A stretch of DNA of 64,000 bases from Candidatus Gottesmanbacteria bacterium (GTDB lineage: Bacteria; Patescibacteriota; Microgenomatia; UBA10105; UBA927): the NCBI GenBank assembly GCA_963714095.1, contig OY970230.1:660084-724083 (forward strand). Direction: 5' to 3'. Made by a program: the position numbers and the translations under genes. Positions 1-8,436 of the stretch are shown piece by piece. Positions within the stretch are counted from its first letter, which is position 1. Every line of letters starts with the position of its first letter. Under the pieces are notes generated by a model. It did not search any database, was not told the DNA's origin, and was given only the letters and a program-made list of their open reading frames with translations.

Positions 1-80
1 TATGTTTATTGAGCACGGTGATTATACTTGTTTATGCTCTATGACTCAATCATTGACGGTCTAAACTTTTGGCACGACAC

Positions 81-1295
81 ATGAAAATTTTATTGATTTC
101 TCCTGAAGACACAAAAGGAAGTAACTGGGGAGGCGTAAGTACATATACAACGTTATTAGCTAACTTTTTGGGAAGAATGCGTCAGGAAGTATATGTATTG
201 ACGCCTGGAAACAAAAACGAATCACGTTTAAACCGGATGTATCATTCCGTTCGGATTCAACGCACAAGAGAAGCAAGAAGGTTTTTTTTCTTGAGGGTAA
301 TCAGTAGAAAGCTTTGGATATATTTTCCTCTCTTTATGAAGAGAATACGTTGGGGGGTAGAAGTCTTGCATTATGTTAACACCCACGGGCCTTTTGATAT
401 TATCGAAGCACCGGAATGGGGAAATAGCACGCTGTTCGTCTCTTTATTCACAAGGCAAAAAACAATCGTAAAACTCCATCGGGGTTGGTATGCATACAGG
501 AAAGACAATGAATTACCGATGGATATTGATATTTGGCTTGTATGTATTCTGGAGTTCCTGTCCATCATTTTTGCAACGGTGATTGTGTCCCCCACTAAAT
601 ATATGCTGTCCTTTTATAAACCTTTTATATATCTCTATTCACTGAGAAGCAGAAAAAAAATAAAAGTCATTCCGTATGGAATTGAAATAAATCCAATGAC
701 CCGATTGTTATCAAAAAACATGCAAAAGGAAAAGTACATTCTGTATGTAGGAAGAATAGAAAAAGCAAAGGGCACTTTTATCCTTATCCAGGCATTTCGG
801 CGGATCACCAGACACTGTCAAAACGTACAATTGGTTATTGCGGGCGAGGATATGGACATGGTAATTGGCGATCGCACGCAAAGTTATAAGAGGTATCTAC
901 AATCCTACATACGGCGGTATCATTTTGAAAATAAGGTTACGTTTATTGGGAAAAAGACAAGAGATGAATTGAGTGCATTTTATAATAAATGCCTTTTTGT
1001 TATTGTTCCATCTTCGAAACGGGAAAATTCTCCATATGTTGTTCTAGAAGCCTTCTCTCATAATAAGACTGTTATTGCTAGCAATAACGGAGGATTACCC
1101 GAGATGATACAGGACAAAATGAATGGTGTACTATATTCACCAAATACCCCTGAAATATTGGCAGAGAAGATGCTTTATTTAATAGAACATGAAGAGGTTA
1201 GACAGAGGTTTGAAAAATATATCGCTGCTCACAAAAAGGAATTTGATATAAAAACAATCGCGCTACAAACGCTATCCTTTTATCAAACCGTCTGA
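81..1295 (+). CDS. glycosyltransferase family 1 (GT4-like); ORF track starts at TTG 69, first ATG at 81
   Basis: C-terminal GT1 signature EAFSHNKTVIASNNGGLPEMIQDKMNGVLY (E-x7-E sugar-nucleotide binding region); typical ~400 aa. Confidence 0.8.
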   Translation: MKILLISPEDTKGSNWGGVSTYTTLLANFLGRMRQEVYVLTPGNKNESRLNRMYHSVRIQRTREARRFFFLRVISRKLWIYFPLFMKRIRWGVEVLHYVNTHGPFDIIEAPEWGNSTLFVSLFTRQKTIVKLHRGWYAYRKDNELPMDIDIWLVCILEFLSIIFATVIVSPTKYMLSFYKPFIYLYSLRSRKKIKVIPYGIEINPMTRLLSKNMQKEKYILYVGRIEKAKGTFILIQAFRRITRHCQNVQLVIAGEDMDMVIGDRTQSYKRYLQSYIRRYHFENKVTFIGKKTRDELSAFYNKCLFVIVPSSKRENSPYVVLEAFSHNKTVIASNNGGLPEMIQDKMNGVLYSPNTPEILAEKMLYLIEHEEVRQRFEKYIAAHKKEFDIKTIALQTLSFYQTV

Positions 1296-2221
1296 TTTGC
1301 TGATCGGAACAGGTTGTGTTTAAGTGCCACTTTGATCGCGTCTTTCTGGAATGCATCATATTTGGTATATCCGCTGTAATGAATGGAAATCGTGTTATTT
1401 GAAAATACAGCTTCATATTCTTTATAGCACCATGCATTTATATACTGCTTCACCGGTAACTTCTTTTTTTTAACGGAAGAAAATGATAGATATATTGCAG
1501 TTTCCTCAGCAACGACTGTATATGCAAAGCGTTTTTTATAAAAATAGTCCAATACTCCATTAAGTATTTTTCTGTCGATACAGTGTTTATTAGGAATACA
1601 TAATAATCCGGAATTAAAACTGGGATCAATTTGGCTGGAGTAATGTTCGTTTATGAGTAAACGGCAGGAATATTCCATCTCTGCTTCAGAGTTATCATAA
1701 AAATTGATCGGATACGGAACATGGGCCGTGTAAAGAATTACATTTTCATCTGATTTCAGCCAATTTACTATTTCTTTTGGATAATCATAAAATAGTACAT
1801 CGGCATCGATATATATGTATCGATCAAAAGGGTTTAGGAAAAAAGCGTCCAGTTTTTTCCTCAATGGGTTTACATCTGTATCAAATCTAAATTCAAAGAT
1901 GTTTTCATATTTTTTAAACATCTTAATCATCCTGCGTTCGCTCGATGTGTGCGATTCATAGATAAGAGTAAAATGTTTATTTAATTTATGAATATCCTGT
2001 GGGGTTAACGTGCCGTCATCTACGACATATATGGGAAAATTTTCCTTTATCTGATAAAACAATGACTGTATATTGCAGATGAAAAAATCTATGTGGTCAT
2101 GGCAAAGCAATGTGCAGATGCCCACATGACTGGTGATTCTTGGTGTTTTTTTGCTGTCAAACCGGGTAATCAAAAAAGAAAACAGTACTTTTTTTGCTGC
2201 TGATTTAAGCTGTCCGAGCAT
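1283..2221 (-). CDS. GT-A fold glycosyltransferase (GT2-like nucleotide-diphospho-sugar transferase)
   Basis: IYVVDDGTLTPQD (DDGS-like motif) and YIDADVLF (DxD) motifs; sits in glycan locus. Confidence 0.5.
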   Translation of the reverse strand: MLGQLKSAAKKVLFSFLITRFDSKKTPRITSHVGICTLLCHDHIDFFICNIQSLFYQIKENFPIYVVDDGTLTPQDIHKLNKHFTLIYESHTSSERRMIKMFKKYENIFEFRFDTDVNPLRKKLDAFFLNPFDRYIYIDADVLFYDYPKEIVNWLKSDENVILYTAHVPYPINFYDNSEAEMEYSCRLLINEHYSSQIDPSFNSGLLCIPNKHCIDRKILNGVLDYFYKKRFAYTVVAEETAIYLSFSSVKKKKLPVKQYINAWCYKEYEAVFSNNTISIHYSGYTKYDAFQKDAIKVALKHNLFRSANQTV

Positions 2222-2254
2222 GGATAGGATTATAGCTATTACCGGATCGTTTTT

Positions 2255-3040
2255 CTAGCTACGGTTACCCTCAGTGTGTTTTGGTTGCGCATACATCCAC
2301 GTATATCCGTCATTCCGGAATTCATTCAAAACGGTTTTTTCGGATCCACGGACACGCGGACGTAAACCAATCGGCACGTCAGTGAGTTGTCTTTGGTGTG
2401 CATATGCCATCTTTATGGTGTGAGTACGACGGAAATTTTCTACAAATATGGCTTGTTCATGTGGATGTTTTTTTTCATGCAATTCCACAAGAAAACTGCA
2501 CGTAGCGAGTTCCGGAAATTTCTTCGGGTTGAAATAGAGCGCTTCATCTCCTTCGCAATCACAAAATATAAACGTATTTTTTACAAGTAGTTTATTTAGA
2601 TCGGGAACGTTGGGCATTTTGAGAATATGCAGGCGATTTTCTACATGATTTGCCTTAGCCATTTTTTCACAATCCCTCAGCGCCTCAAAGCTAATATCCA
2701 ATGCCCAGATCTGACTTTCAGGGATTCGCATAGCAAACCCGATCGCATAATATCCCTCGGCGCAACCGATATTTATAATCTTCGCATAACGCTTGCTGAT
2801 TATATCTACTATCCACGGATGAAGCTCTTTTTCATATACTCCCAGAAACTTGGGGATCAGTGCCGAACCGTAAGAAATATAATCCGGATACTGTAAGCCT
2901 TGAAATGGTCCGGAAAGAACGGTTTTCGCGGGCGATACCCGTTGAGCGATCCGACGTTCGTCATTGTTATCAAAAGGAACGTTAATAAAACGCCTGATCA
3001 AATTGAACGTATTGGGGAAAAAAAGATTCATATGACGCAC
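2255..3040 (-). CDS. class I SAM-dependent methyltransferase (FkbM-like)
   Basis: Motif I-like IINIGCAEGYYAIGFA and the overall length and pattern of small sugar O-methyltransferases. Confidence 0.55.
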   Translation of the reverse strand: MRHMNLFFPNTFNLIRRFINVPFDNNDERRIAQRVSPAKTVLSGPFQGLQYPDYISYGSALIPKFLGVYEKELHPWIVDIISKRYAKIINIGCAEGYYAIGFAMRIPESQIWALDISFEALRDCEKMAKANHVENRLHILKMPNVPDLNKLLVKNTFIFCDCEGDEALYFNPKKFPELATCSFLVELHEKKHPHEQAIFVENFRRTHTIKMAYAHQRQLTDVPIGLRPRVRGSEKTVLNEFRNDGYTWMYAQPKHTEGNRS

Positions 3041-3083
3041 TTCTGATATAATTCACGTTATTATTCTTTCAATTCCAGCATCA

Positions 3084-3614
3084 ATGCGACTATTATATAC
3101 GATCTTTATATCTCTTTTGTTTTTGATTGCTGCACCATGTATGGTGATAGTGGCGAGCATCGTTTTATTAACCTCAGATGCACCCCTGTTGGAACTGAAG
3201 AAATGTATTGGAAAAGACGGCAAAACGTTTACAGTATATTTGTTTAGAACAGGTAATAATTCCACCGGAAAATTTTTGCATAAAACCGGACTTGATCGTC
3301 TTCCCCAGTTTATTAATGTTATTAAGGGAGATATGATTTTAATCGGTCCCCACCCCATTTCATCAATAAATGTAAAAGAATATAAAGAACATTTCAGTAT
3401 TAGGCAATCTATAAAGCCGGGTATTATTTCTCCGCAGCTACTTCATGGACACGATAAAGAAATATTTACCCGGACACAAACCGATATCGCGTATGTAAAT
3501 CAGAAGTATATATTGACAGATTTATTGCTTTTCAAAGACGCATGCAGATTGTTCTGGATTAATTTTTGGCATAGTTTAGAGGACGCTTTTATACATTCTG
3601 ATAAAAAAAACTAA
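3084..3614 (+). CDS. small phosphoglycosyl (sugar) transferase, PglC/WbaP C-terminal-domain type
   Basis: N-terminal TM helix, then Bac_transf signature LFRTGNN...LDRLPQFINVIKGDMILIGPHP (compare KFRTM...DELPQL.NVL.GDMSLVGPRP). Confidence 0.8.
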   Translation: MRLLYTIFISLLFLIAAPCMVIVASIVLLTSDAPLLELKKCIGKDGKTFTVYLFRTGNNSTGKFLHKTGLDRLPQFINVIKGDMILIGPHPISSINVKEYKEHFSIRQSIKPGIISPQLLHGHDKEIFTRTQTDIAYVNQKYILTDLLLFKDACRLFWINFWHSLEDAFIHSDKKN

Positions 3615-3615
3615 G

Positions 3616-4389
3616 ATGAAAAAACAAATTCCTTATCAGAAATTTATTATTTTAGCGATGCCAAGAACCGGTTCTAATTACCTGTCGTATCTTTTGCATG
3701 ACCATCCGAATGTCATGTCTCTCGGGGAAGCATACTACCCACCGAGTGTTACTGTTAATCCGGGAAATCAATATATGAACAAAAGAAGAAGTTTATTCTA
3801 TTTCCGGAAACTATTTCCAACCCAATTTTTGAAATATTTCATTTTCCGGGATTATCCCCCACATATAAAAGCTGTCGGTTTCAGAGTATTTTATCATTAT
3901 AAAAAGGAAGGAGATCATTTTCAGCATTTTCCTTCTATTAAAAAATATTTAGTAGAACACAAAGAGGTAAAGATAATTCATCTTATACGGAATAATTTAT
4001 TAGAAAATTACGTTTCACTTTTTTTGGCTCTCAAAAGAGATTATTGGTGGACGGTAGGAACTAATCCTTATAAATATGAAAAAATTAAACTTCAATATAA
4101 AGACTGTCTCCGGCACTTTTCTATGTTGACCAGCATGACAAATGAATATAGACAGTTATTTAAATCTCACTCAACAATAGAAGTGTATTATGAAGACCTG
4201 GTGCAGCATAAAAAGAGAGAGCTTGATCGAATTCAAGAATTTTTAGGTATACGGCAAGAAAATTTATCCTGTGCACTTCAGAAACTTAATACCCGCCCAA
4301 TGGAACAGGTCATTTCGAATTTTGAAGCATTAAAAAAAAGGTTTGCCGGTTCTCGATGGATACACTTTTTTGACGAATCACAGGAGTAG
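3616..4389 (+). CDS. sulfotransferase family protein (PAPS-dependent, predicted)
   Basis: N-terminal 5'-PSB-like loop IILAMPRTGSNYLSYLL and 3'-PB-like IIHLIRNNLLENYVSLF; starts 1 nt after the upstream sugar-transferase gene. Confidence 0.5.
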   Translation: MKKQIPYQKFIILAMPRTGSNYLSYLLHDHPNVMSLGEAYYPPSVTVNPGNQYMNKRRSLFYFRKLFPTQFLKYFIFRDYPPHIKAVGFRVFYHYKKEGDHFQHFPSIKKYLVEHKEVKIIHLIRNNLLENYVSLFLALKRDYWWTVGTNPYKYEKIKLQYKDCLRHFSMLTSMTNEYRQLFKSHSTIEVYYEDLVQHKKRELDRIQEFLGIRQENLSCALQKLNTRPMEQVISNFEALKKRFAGSRWIHFFDESQE

Positions 4390-4435
4390 GAAAAAAGAGA
4401 AGGCGGTGTACATATCACCCGTCATCGTTCGGCTA

Positions 4436-5122
4436 CTAGAACGTATCAGGGTAAATTTTGCCATCTTGCATACGAATGAGTGATGTACACATTGTTCGTA
4501 AATAATCTAATTGTTGAGATACCAAAAGAATGGTTGTCCCTTTCGCGAATAACTGATTCATTTTTTTAATACATTTTTGTTGAAACTTACTGTCGCCGAC
4601 AGCCATCCCTTCATCGATAATGAGGATAGTCGGGTTTGCGTGTGCAGCAATGGCAAAACCGAGACGGAGCTTCATGCCGAAGGAGTATCGAAACAATGCT
4701 GTATCGATAAATTGTCTAATATCCGCGAACCGAATAATTGCGTTGAGTTTTTGCGTAATCTCTTTTTGCGACATTCCCAACAGCATGCCGTTAAGATAAA
4801 TATTCTGGACACCGGTTAAATCAGGGTGGAATCCTGCCTCAAGATCGATTAACGATACAACTTTGCCGTATGTTTTTACAACGCCTGACGTAGGATGAGT
4901 AATTCCGGAAACGATTTTAAGCAGGGTCGTTTTCCCTGAGCCATTTAGGCCAATGATACCAACTCTTTCTCCTTTTCGGACTACAAGGTTAATATCTTTC
5001 AGGGCCCAAAATGTTTCATTGGGTCCTTGTACGAATTTTTCAACCAGTGTCGGTTTTTCATGATGGATTTCATACTTTTTTGAAATATTGGTCAGTTGAA
5101 TAACAATATTTTTCATAGCCAA
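4436..5122 (-). CDS. polysaccharide/teichoic-acid export ABC transporter ATP-binding protein (Wzt/TagH-like, short form without C-terminal carbohydrate-binding domain)
   Basis: Walker A GLNGSGKTTLLKIV, Walker B LLIIDEGMAVGD; overlaps the ABC-2 permease gene by 10 nt. Confidence 0.85.
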   Translation of the reverse strand: MAMKNIVIQLTNISKKYEIHHEKPTLVEKFVQGPNETFWALKDINLVVRKGERVGIIGLNGSGKTTLLKIVSGITHPTSGVVKTYGKVVSLIDLEAGFHPDLTGVQNIYLNGMLLGMSQKEITQKLNAIIRFADIRQFIDTALFRYSFGMKLRLGFAIAAHANPTILIIDEGMAVGDSKFQQKCIKKMNQLFAKGTTILLVSQQLDYLRTMCTSLIRMQDGKIYPDTF

Positions 5123-5880
5123 TCATCGAAAGTTTTACTTTCCTTCCGGAATAAAAAGAAACCAAGTACGGTGATTACAATAATGACTACAATATTTGAA
5201 GCAAGCATACCCAAGCCAGGCGCAGGAGCACCCAAGAGTGCATATTGGGCAAGCTGCAAAATTGAAGTGAGCGGGTTCAAGCGCCAGATCCATAACATGC
5301 CCCGTGGTATTTGTGAAAGAGAATACACAATAGGTGTTGCATAAAACCATGGTATAAGGAGTGCCTGAATGAAAAAATTTACATCACGGTATTTAACGTC
5401 AAGAGCAGAAGTTAATATACTTATACCGGCTGTAAATATACACAACAAAACAATGGCAGATACGATATATGGTAATTTATTGAATGACATTTTACCGAGA
5501 AATGCTATCGGGATAAGAAGTAACACGAGGGCAACGAAAAAGTTGATAAAATTAGACAAAATGATAGAAAGCGGAATGACCATGTGTGGAAAAACAGCCT
5601 TTTTAATAAGTGACCGTTCGTTTACTATCGAAGGAGCGCACTTCGTCAGCGAGAGAGAAAAGAAATTCCAGATGAGAAGTCCTGTAAATAGGTAATAATA
5701 ATAATGCTCGATGGGTTCTTTGATAAAAAAAGTAAACACAAACCCGATAACAAGCATTTGAAGAAGCGGATTTGCAACGAGCCATAAAAACCCAAATATT
5801 GTATATTTATACCTCGCACGGAGTTCCTTGTCCGTCATGGACCAGAGGAGTTCAAAAAAATGTTGAATGTTCCTAGTCAT
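5113..5880 (-). CDS. ABC-2 type polysaccharide export permease (Wzm/TagG-like)
   Basis: ELRARYKYTIFGFLWLVANPLL ABC-2 signature, 6 predicted TM segments, coupled to a Wzt-like ATPase. Confidence 0.8.
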   Translation of the reverse strand: MTRNIQHFFELLWSMTDKELRARYKYTIFGFLWLVANPLLQMLVIGFVFTFFIKEPIEHYYYYLFTGLLIWNFFSLSLTKCAPSIVNERSLIKKAVFPHMVIPLSIILSNFINFFVALVLLLIPIAFLGKMSFNKLPYIVSAIVLLCIFTAGISILTSALDVKYRDVNFFIQALLIPWFYATPIVYSLSQIPRGMLWIWRLNPLTSILQLAQYALLGAPAPGLGMLASNIVVIIVITVLGFFLFRKESKTFDDWL

Positions 5881-5936
5881 GCAGGTATTATAACGTATAT
5901 TATTTCTGTATTATTCCAGTTGGTGTCCTTCAAATA

Positions 5937-6896
5937 TTACTGAAAGGCATGCCGGATAATTTTCTCGGCGCAGGAATTTGCGGAAAGTTTATCAGTGTTG
6001 CAGACGATATCTGGATGAGTTGGAATATCGTAATCCGCATCAAAACCCGTGAGTTGTTTGAGCTTGCCCGCTTTTGCTTTTTTATATAATCCTTTTGTAT
6101 CGCGCCGCATTCTTGTTTGAAGCGACGCGGCAATATAGATTTCGATAAACCGTTTCTTCCCTATCATTTTTTTCGCCTCTGACCGGATTTTCCCCTCAGG
6201 AGAAACGAAAGAACAAATAACAAGAATTCCGTGGTCAGCAAACATGGCTGCAAGATATGCCATCCGGCGAATATGGTCTGCCCTGTCCTGTTTACTAAAG
6301 CCCGCCGACTTTGCTAAGGGGCTTGATCGCATCGCGTCTCCGTCAAGGACCTGATACTTAAGATGCGGGAACTGGTTTTTGATAATAGAAACAAGTCTGT
6401 TTGCAATCGTTGTTTTCCCGCTGCATGGACAGCCTGTTAACCATAAGACCATGCCATGATCGAGAATTGATGAGACCTTAGAGGAAAGCATATAGGAAGA
6501 ATCTTTACTTGCAACGCTTTTGGTCCATCCGGGGTCGCCCGCCCGAAGTTTGTTGCGGATTTGAGTTCCGGATATTTGTTTTGTTTCTGCATCAACGTCG
6601 ACTAGTTCCGTTTTGTATCCGACTCCTCTTCCCCAATAAACGCCGTCAATGTCGGGGATAATCATAATTGTTCCTTTTATTTTGTTTTCAACCATCCACG
6701 TTTTAATGTACTGGGCCCGTATACTCGGAGAAAATGCCTCTTTTGCAGTATTCCGAACAAGAATTAACAGCGGTGCACCGGGGTTCTCTTTCAGCTTTTT
6801 TAACATAATCGCAGTATGACCTTTGTGAAACGGCGCCCATCGTCCGATGAACATCATGTGAGGAACGGTGATATCGGCATTTGTGAAGTAAATCAT
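5937..6896 (-). CDS. cysC: fusion protein: N-terminal HxGH nucleotidyltransferase domain + C-terminal adenylylsulfate (APS) kinase
   Basis: C-terminus: P-loop GCPCSGKTT, LDGDAMR (LDGDNxR signature), KGLYKKAKAGKLKQLTGFD (APS kinase signature). N-terminus: FIGRWAPFHKGH (HxGH) and ISGTQIR (ISST-like) nucleotidyltransferase motifs. Confidence 0.75.
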   Translation of the reverse strand: MIYFTNADITVPHMMFIGRWAPFHKGHTAIMLKKLKENPGAPLLILVRNTAKEAFSPSIRAQYIKTWMVENKIKGTIMIIPDIDGVYWGRGVGYKTELVDVDAETKQISGTQIRNKLRAGDPGWTKSVASKDSSYMLSSKVSSILDHGMVLWLTGCPCSGKTTIANRLVSIIKNQFPHLKYQVLDGDAMRSSPLAKSAGFSKQDRADHIRRMAYLAAMFADHGILVICSFVSPEGKIRSEAKKMIGKKRFIEIYIAASLQTRMRRDTKGLYKKAKAGKLKQLTGFDADYDIPTHPDIVCNTDKLSANSCAEKIIRHAFQ

Positions 6897-6941
6897 ATTT
6901 TTGCGTTAAAAAAGAATTATAGCATAAGTCATTATCATAAA

Positions 6942-7715
6942 TTATTTAAGGATTTCAAAACCCCACCGTTTTCCGATTTCGTTTTCGATAGGATGAAATA
7001 TTCCATAATCAATGAGTATACCCAAAAGAAGAATAACCAACATGATTGCGGCAACCTGGGCCACATCATTCAGATCTCTTCCGAACATGAGCAGCTGGCC
7101 GAGTCCGGTGGTTACAAACAGCATCTCGCCGGATATAAGCGCACGCCATGCAAATGACCATGCCTGCTTAATGCCCATAAAGTATGAAGGAAACATCGAC
7201 GGAAAGATAATATGCTGATATAGTTTTATGCCCCGCGCATCAAGCATGGTTCCGGCTCTCAAAAAAGATAGAGGGATCATTCGGATTGATGAGGCGGTTG
7301 TCAGCGTTACGCTTACAACAGTTCCCATGACGATGACAAAAATTATGGCCGTATCGGTTAATCCGAACCAGAGTATTGCCATCGGTAGCCAGCAGATGCT
7401 CGGGAGCGTTTGAAATCCCAGCAGAACGACGCCGAGTGTTTGTCGCAGTAACAATGAGCGTGACAGAGCAATGCCGATGCCCGTTCCAAGCAATAAGGAA
7501 ATGAAAAAACCAATGATGAGCCGTCTGAAACTAGAAATGATTGCCGGAAACAGAAAACCACGGGCTATTTGCTGCATAAATGCAGCCGTGACTGCTTCGG
7601 GGCTTGGAAAAATCCAGAATGGAATGACATGAGAAAGTGAAAGCATTTCCCATATGAGACAAACCACGAGAAAAAAAATAAAAAAATATACGACCGGCCA
7701 GATCCGTTTATTCAT
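6942..7715 (-). CDS. ABC transporter permease, NitT/TauT family (SsuC/TauC-like)
   Basis: Binding-protein-dependent inner-membrane component pattern; adjacent cognate ATPase and NMT1/SsuA-like binding protein. Confidence 0.7.
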   Translation of the reverse strand: MNKRIWPVVYFFIFFLVVCLIWEMLSLSHVIPFWIFPSPEAVTAAFMQQIARGFLFPAIISSFRRLIIGFFISLLLGTGIGIALSRSLLLRQTLGVVLLGFQTLPSICWLPMAILWFGLTDTAIIFVIVMGTVVSVTLTTASSIRMIPLSFLRAGTMLDARGIKLYQHIIFPSMFPSYFMGIKQAWSFAWRALISGEMLFVTTGLGQLLMFGRDLNDVAQVAAIMLVILLLGILIDYGIFHPIENEIGKRWGFEILK

Positions 7716-7716
7716 A

Positions 7717-8436
7717 TTAATTAGCCGTAAGCAGAGTTCGTACTCTATTGGCTATGCGAATGACCGGTGCGTCTCCGATATTCCGCGGTCGCGGTGTACG
7801 GACTTGCACTTCGGCGGTAACAGTTGCCGGTCTTGGTGACATCACCAGTATTCGGTCACCGAGACATGCCGCTTCCCGTACATTATGTGTGACAAAAAGT
7901 ACGGTTGCGCCGGTTATTTTACAAATACGCTGCAAATCTCCGTACATCGTTTCCCGTGTCAGGGCATCCAGCGACGCAAACGGTTCGTCCATGAGGAGAA
8001 TATCAGGTGAAAGCACTAATGTTCGCGCAATAGCAGTACGTTGTTTCATACCTCCGGATAATTGATGGGGATATGCCTGTTCAAATCCATGGAGCTTCAC
8101 AAGACGTATCATGTGGGAGACTTGTATATTTATGTCCTTCGTGTTGACATTGCGCATCCGGAGTCCGAAGGAAATATTTTCCCATACGGTAAGCCACGGA
8201 AATAACGTTGGATCCTGAAAAAGCATCCCGATTTTTCCAGACGACTGGATTGTGCCCGCGGTAGCCTTTTCCAATCCTGCAATAATAGACAGCAGTGTCG
8301 ATTTTCCGCATCCGGATGGTCCCACAAAACAGACGAATTCCCCAGTCCGGATTCCAAATGAGAGATCAGCAATCGCATCAATGTCGCCGAATTGTTGACG
8401 AAATGTTTTTTTAATATGATCTACCTGTAATTTCAT
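7717..8436 (-). CDS. ABC transporter ATP-binding protein, NitT/TauT family (SsuB/TauB-like)
   Basis: Walker A GPSGCGKST, ABC signature LSGGMKQR, Walker B LLMDEPFASLD; start set at MKLQVDHIKK to avoid overlap with upstream gene. Confidence 0.8.
   Translation of the reverse strand: MKLQVDHIKKTFRQQFGDIDAIADLSFGIRTGEFVCFVGPSGCGKSTLLSIIAGLEKATAGTIQSSGKIGMLFQDPTLFPWLTVWENISFGLRMRNVNTKDINIQVSHMIRLVKLHGFEQAYPHQLSGGMKQRTAIARTLVLSPDILLMDEPFASLDALTRETMYGDLQRICKITGATVLFVTHNVREAACLGDRILVMSPRPATVTAEVQVRTPRPRNIGDAPVIRIANRVRTLLTAN

Noticed and set aside
371-595. Short antisense or embedded ORFs inside long genes, e.g. 371..595(-), 2387..2590(+), 4577..4819(+), 9753..10205(-), 13488..13895(-), 26144..26647(-), 35998..36624(+), 62254..62928(-)
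   Set aside because: Each lies wholly within a longer ORF on the other strand or frame that has clear family motifs; none has motifs of its own.
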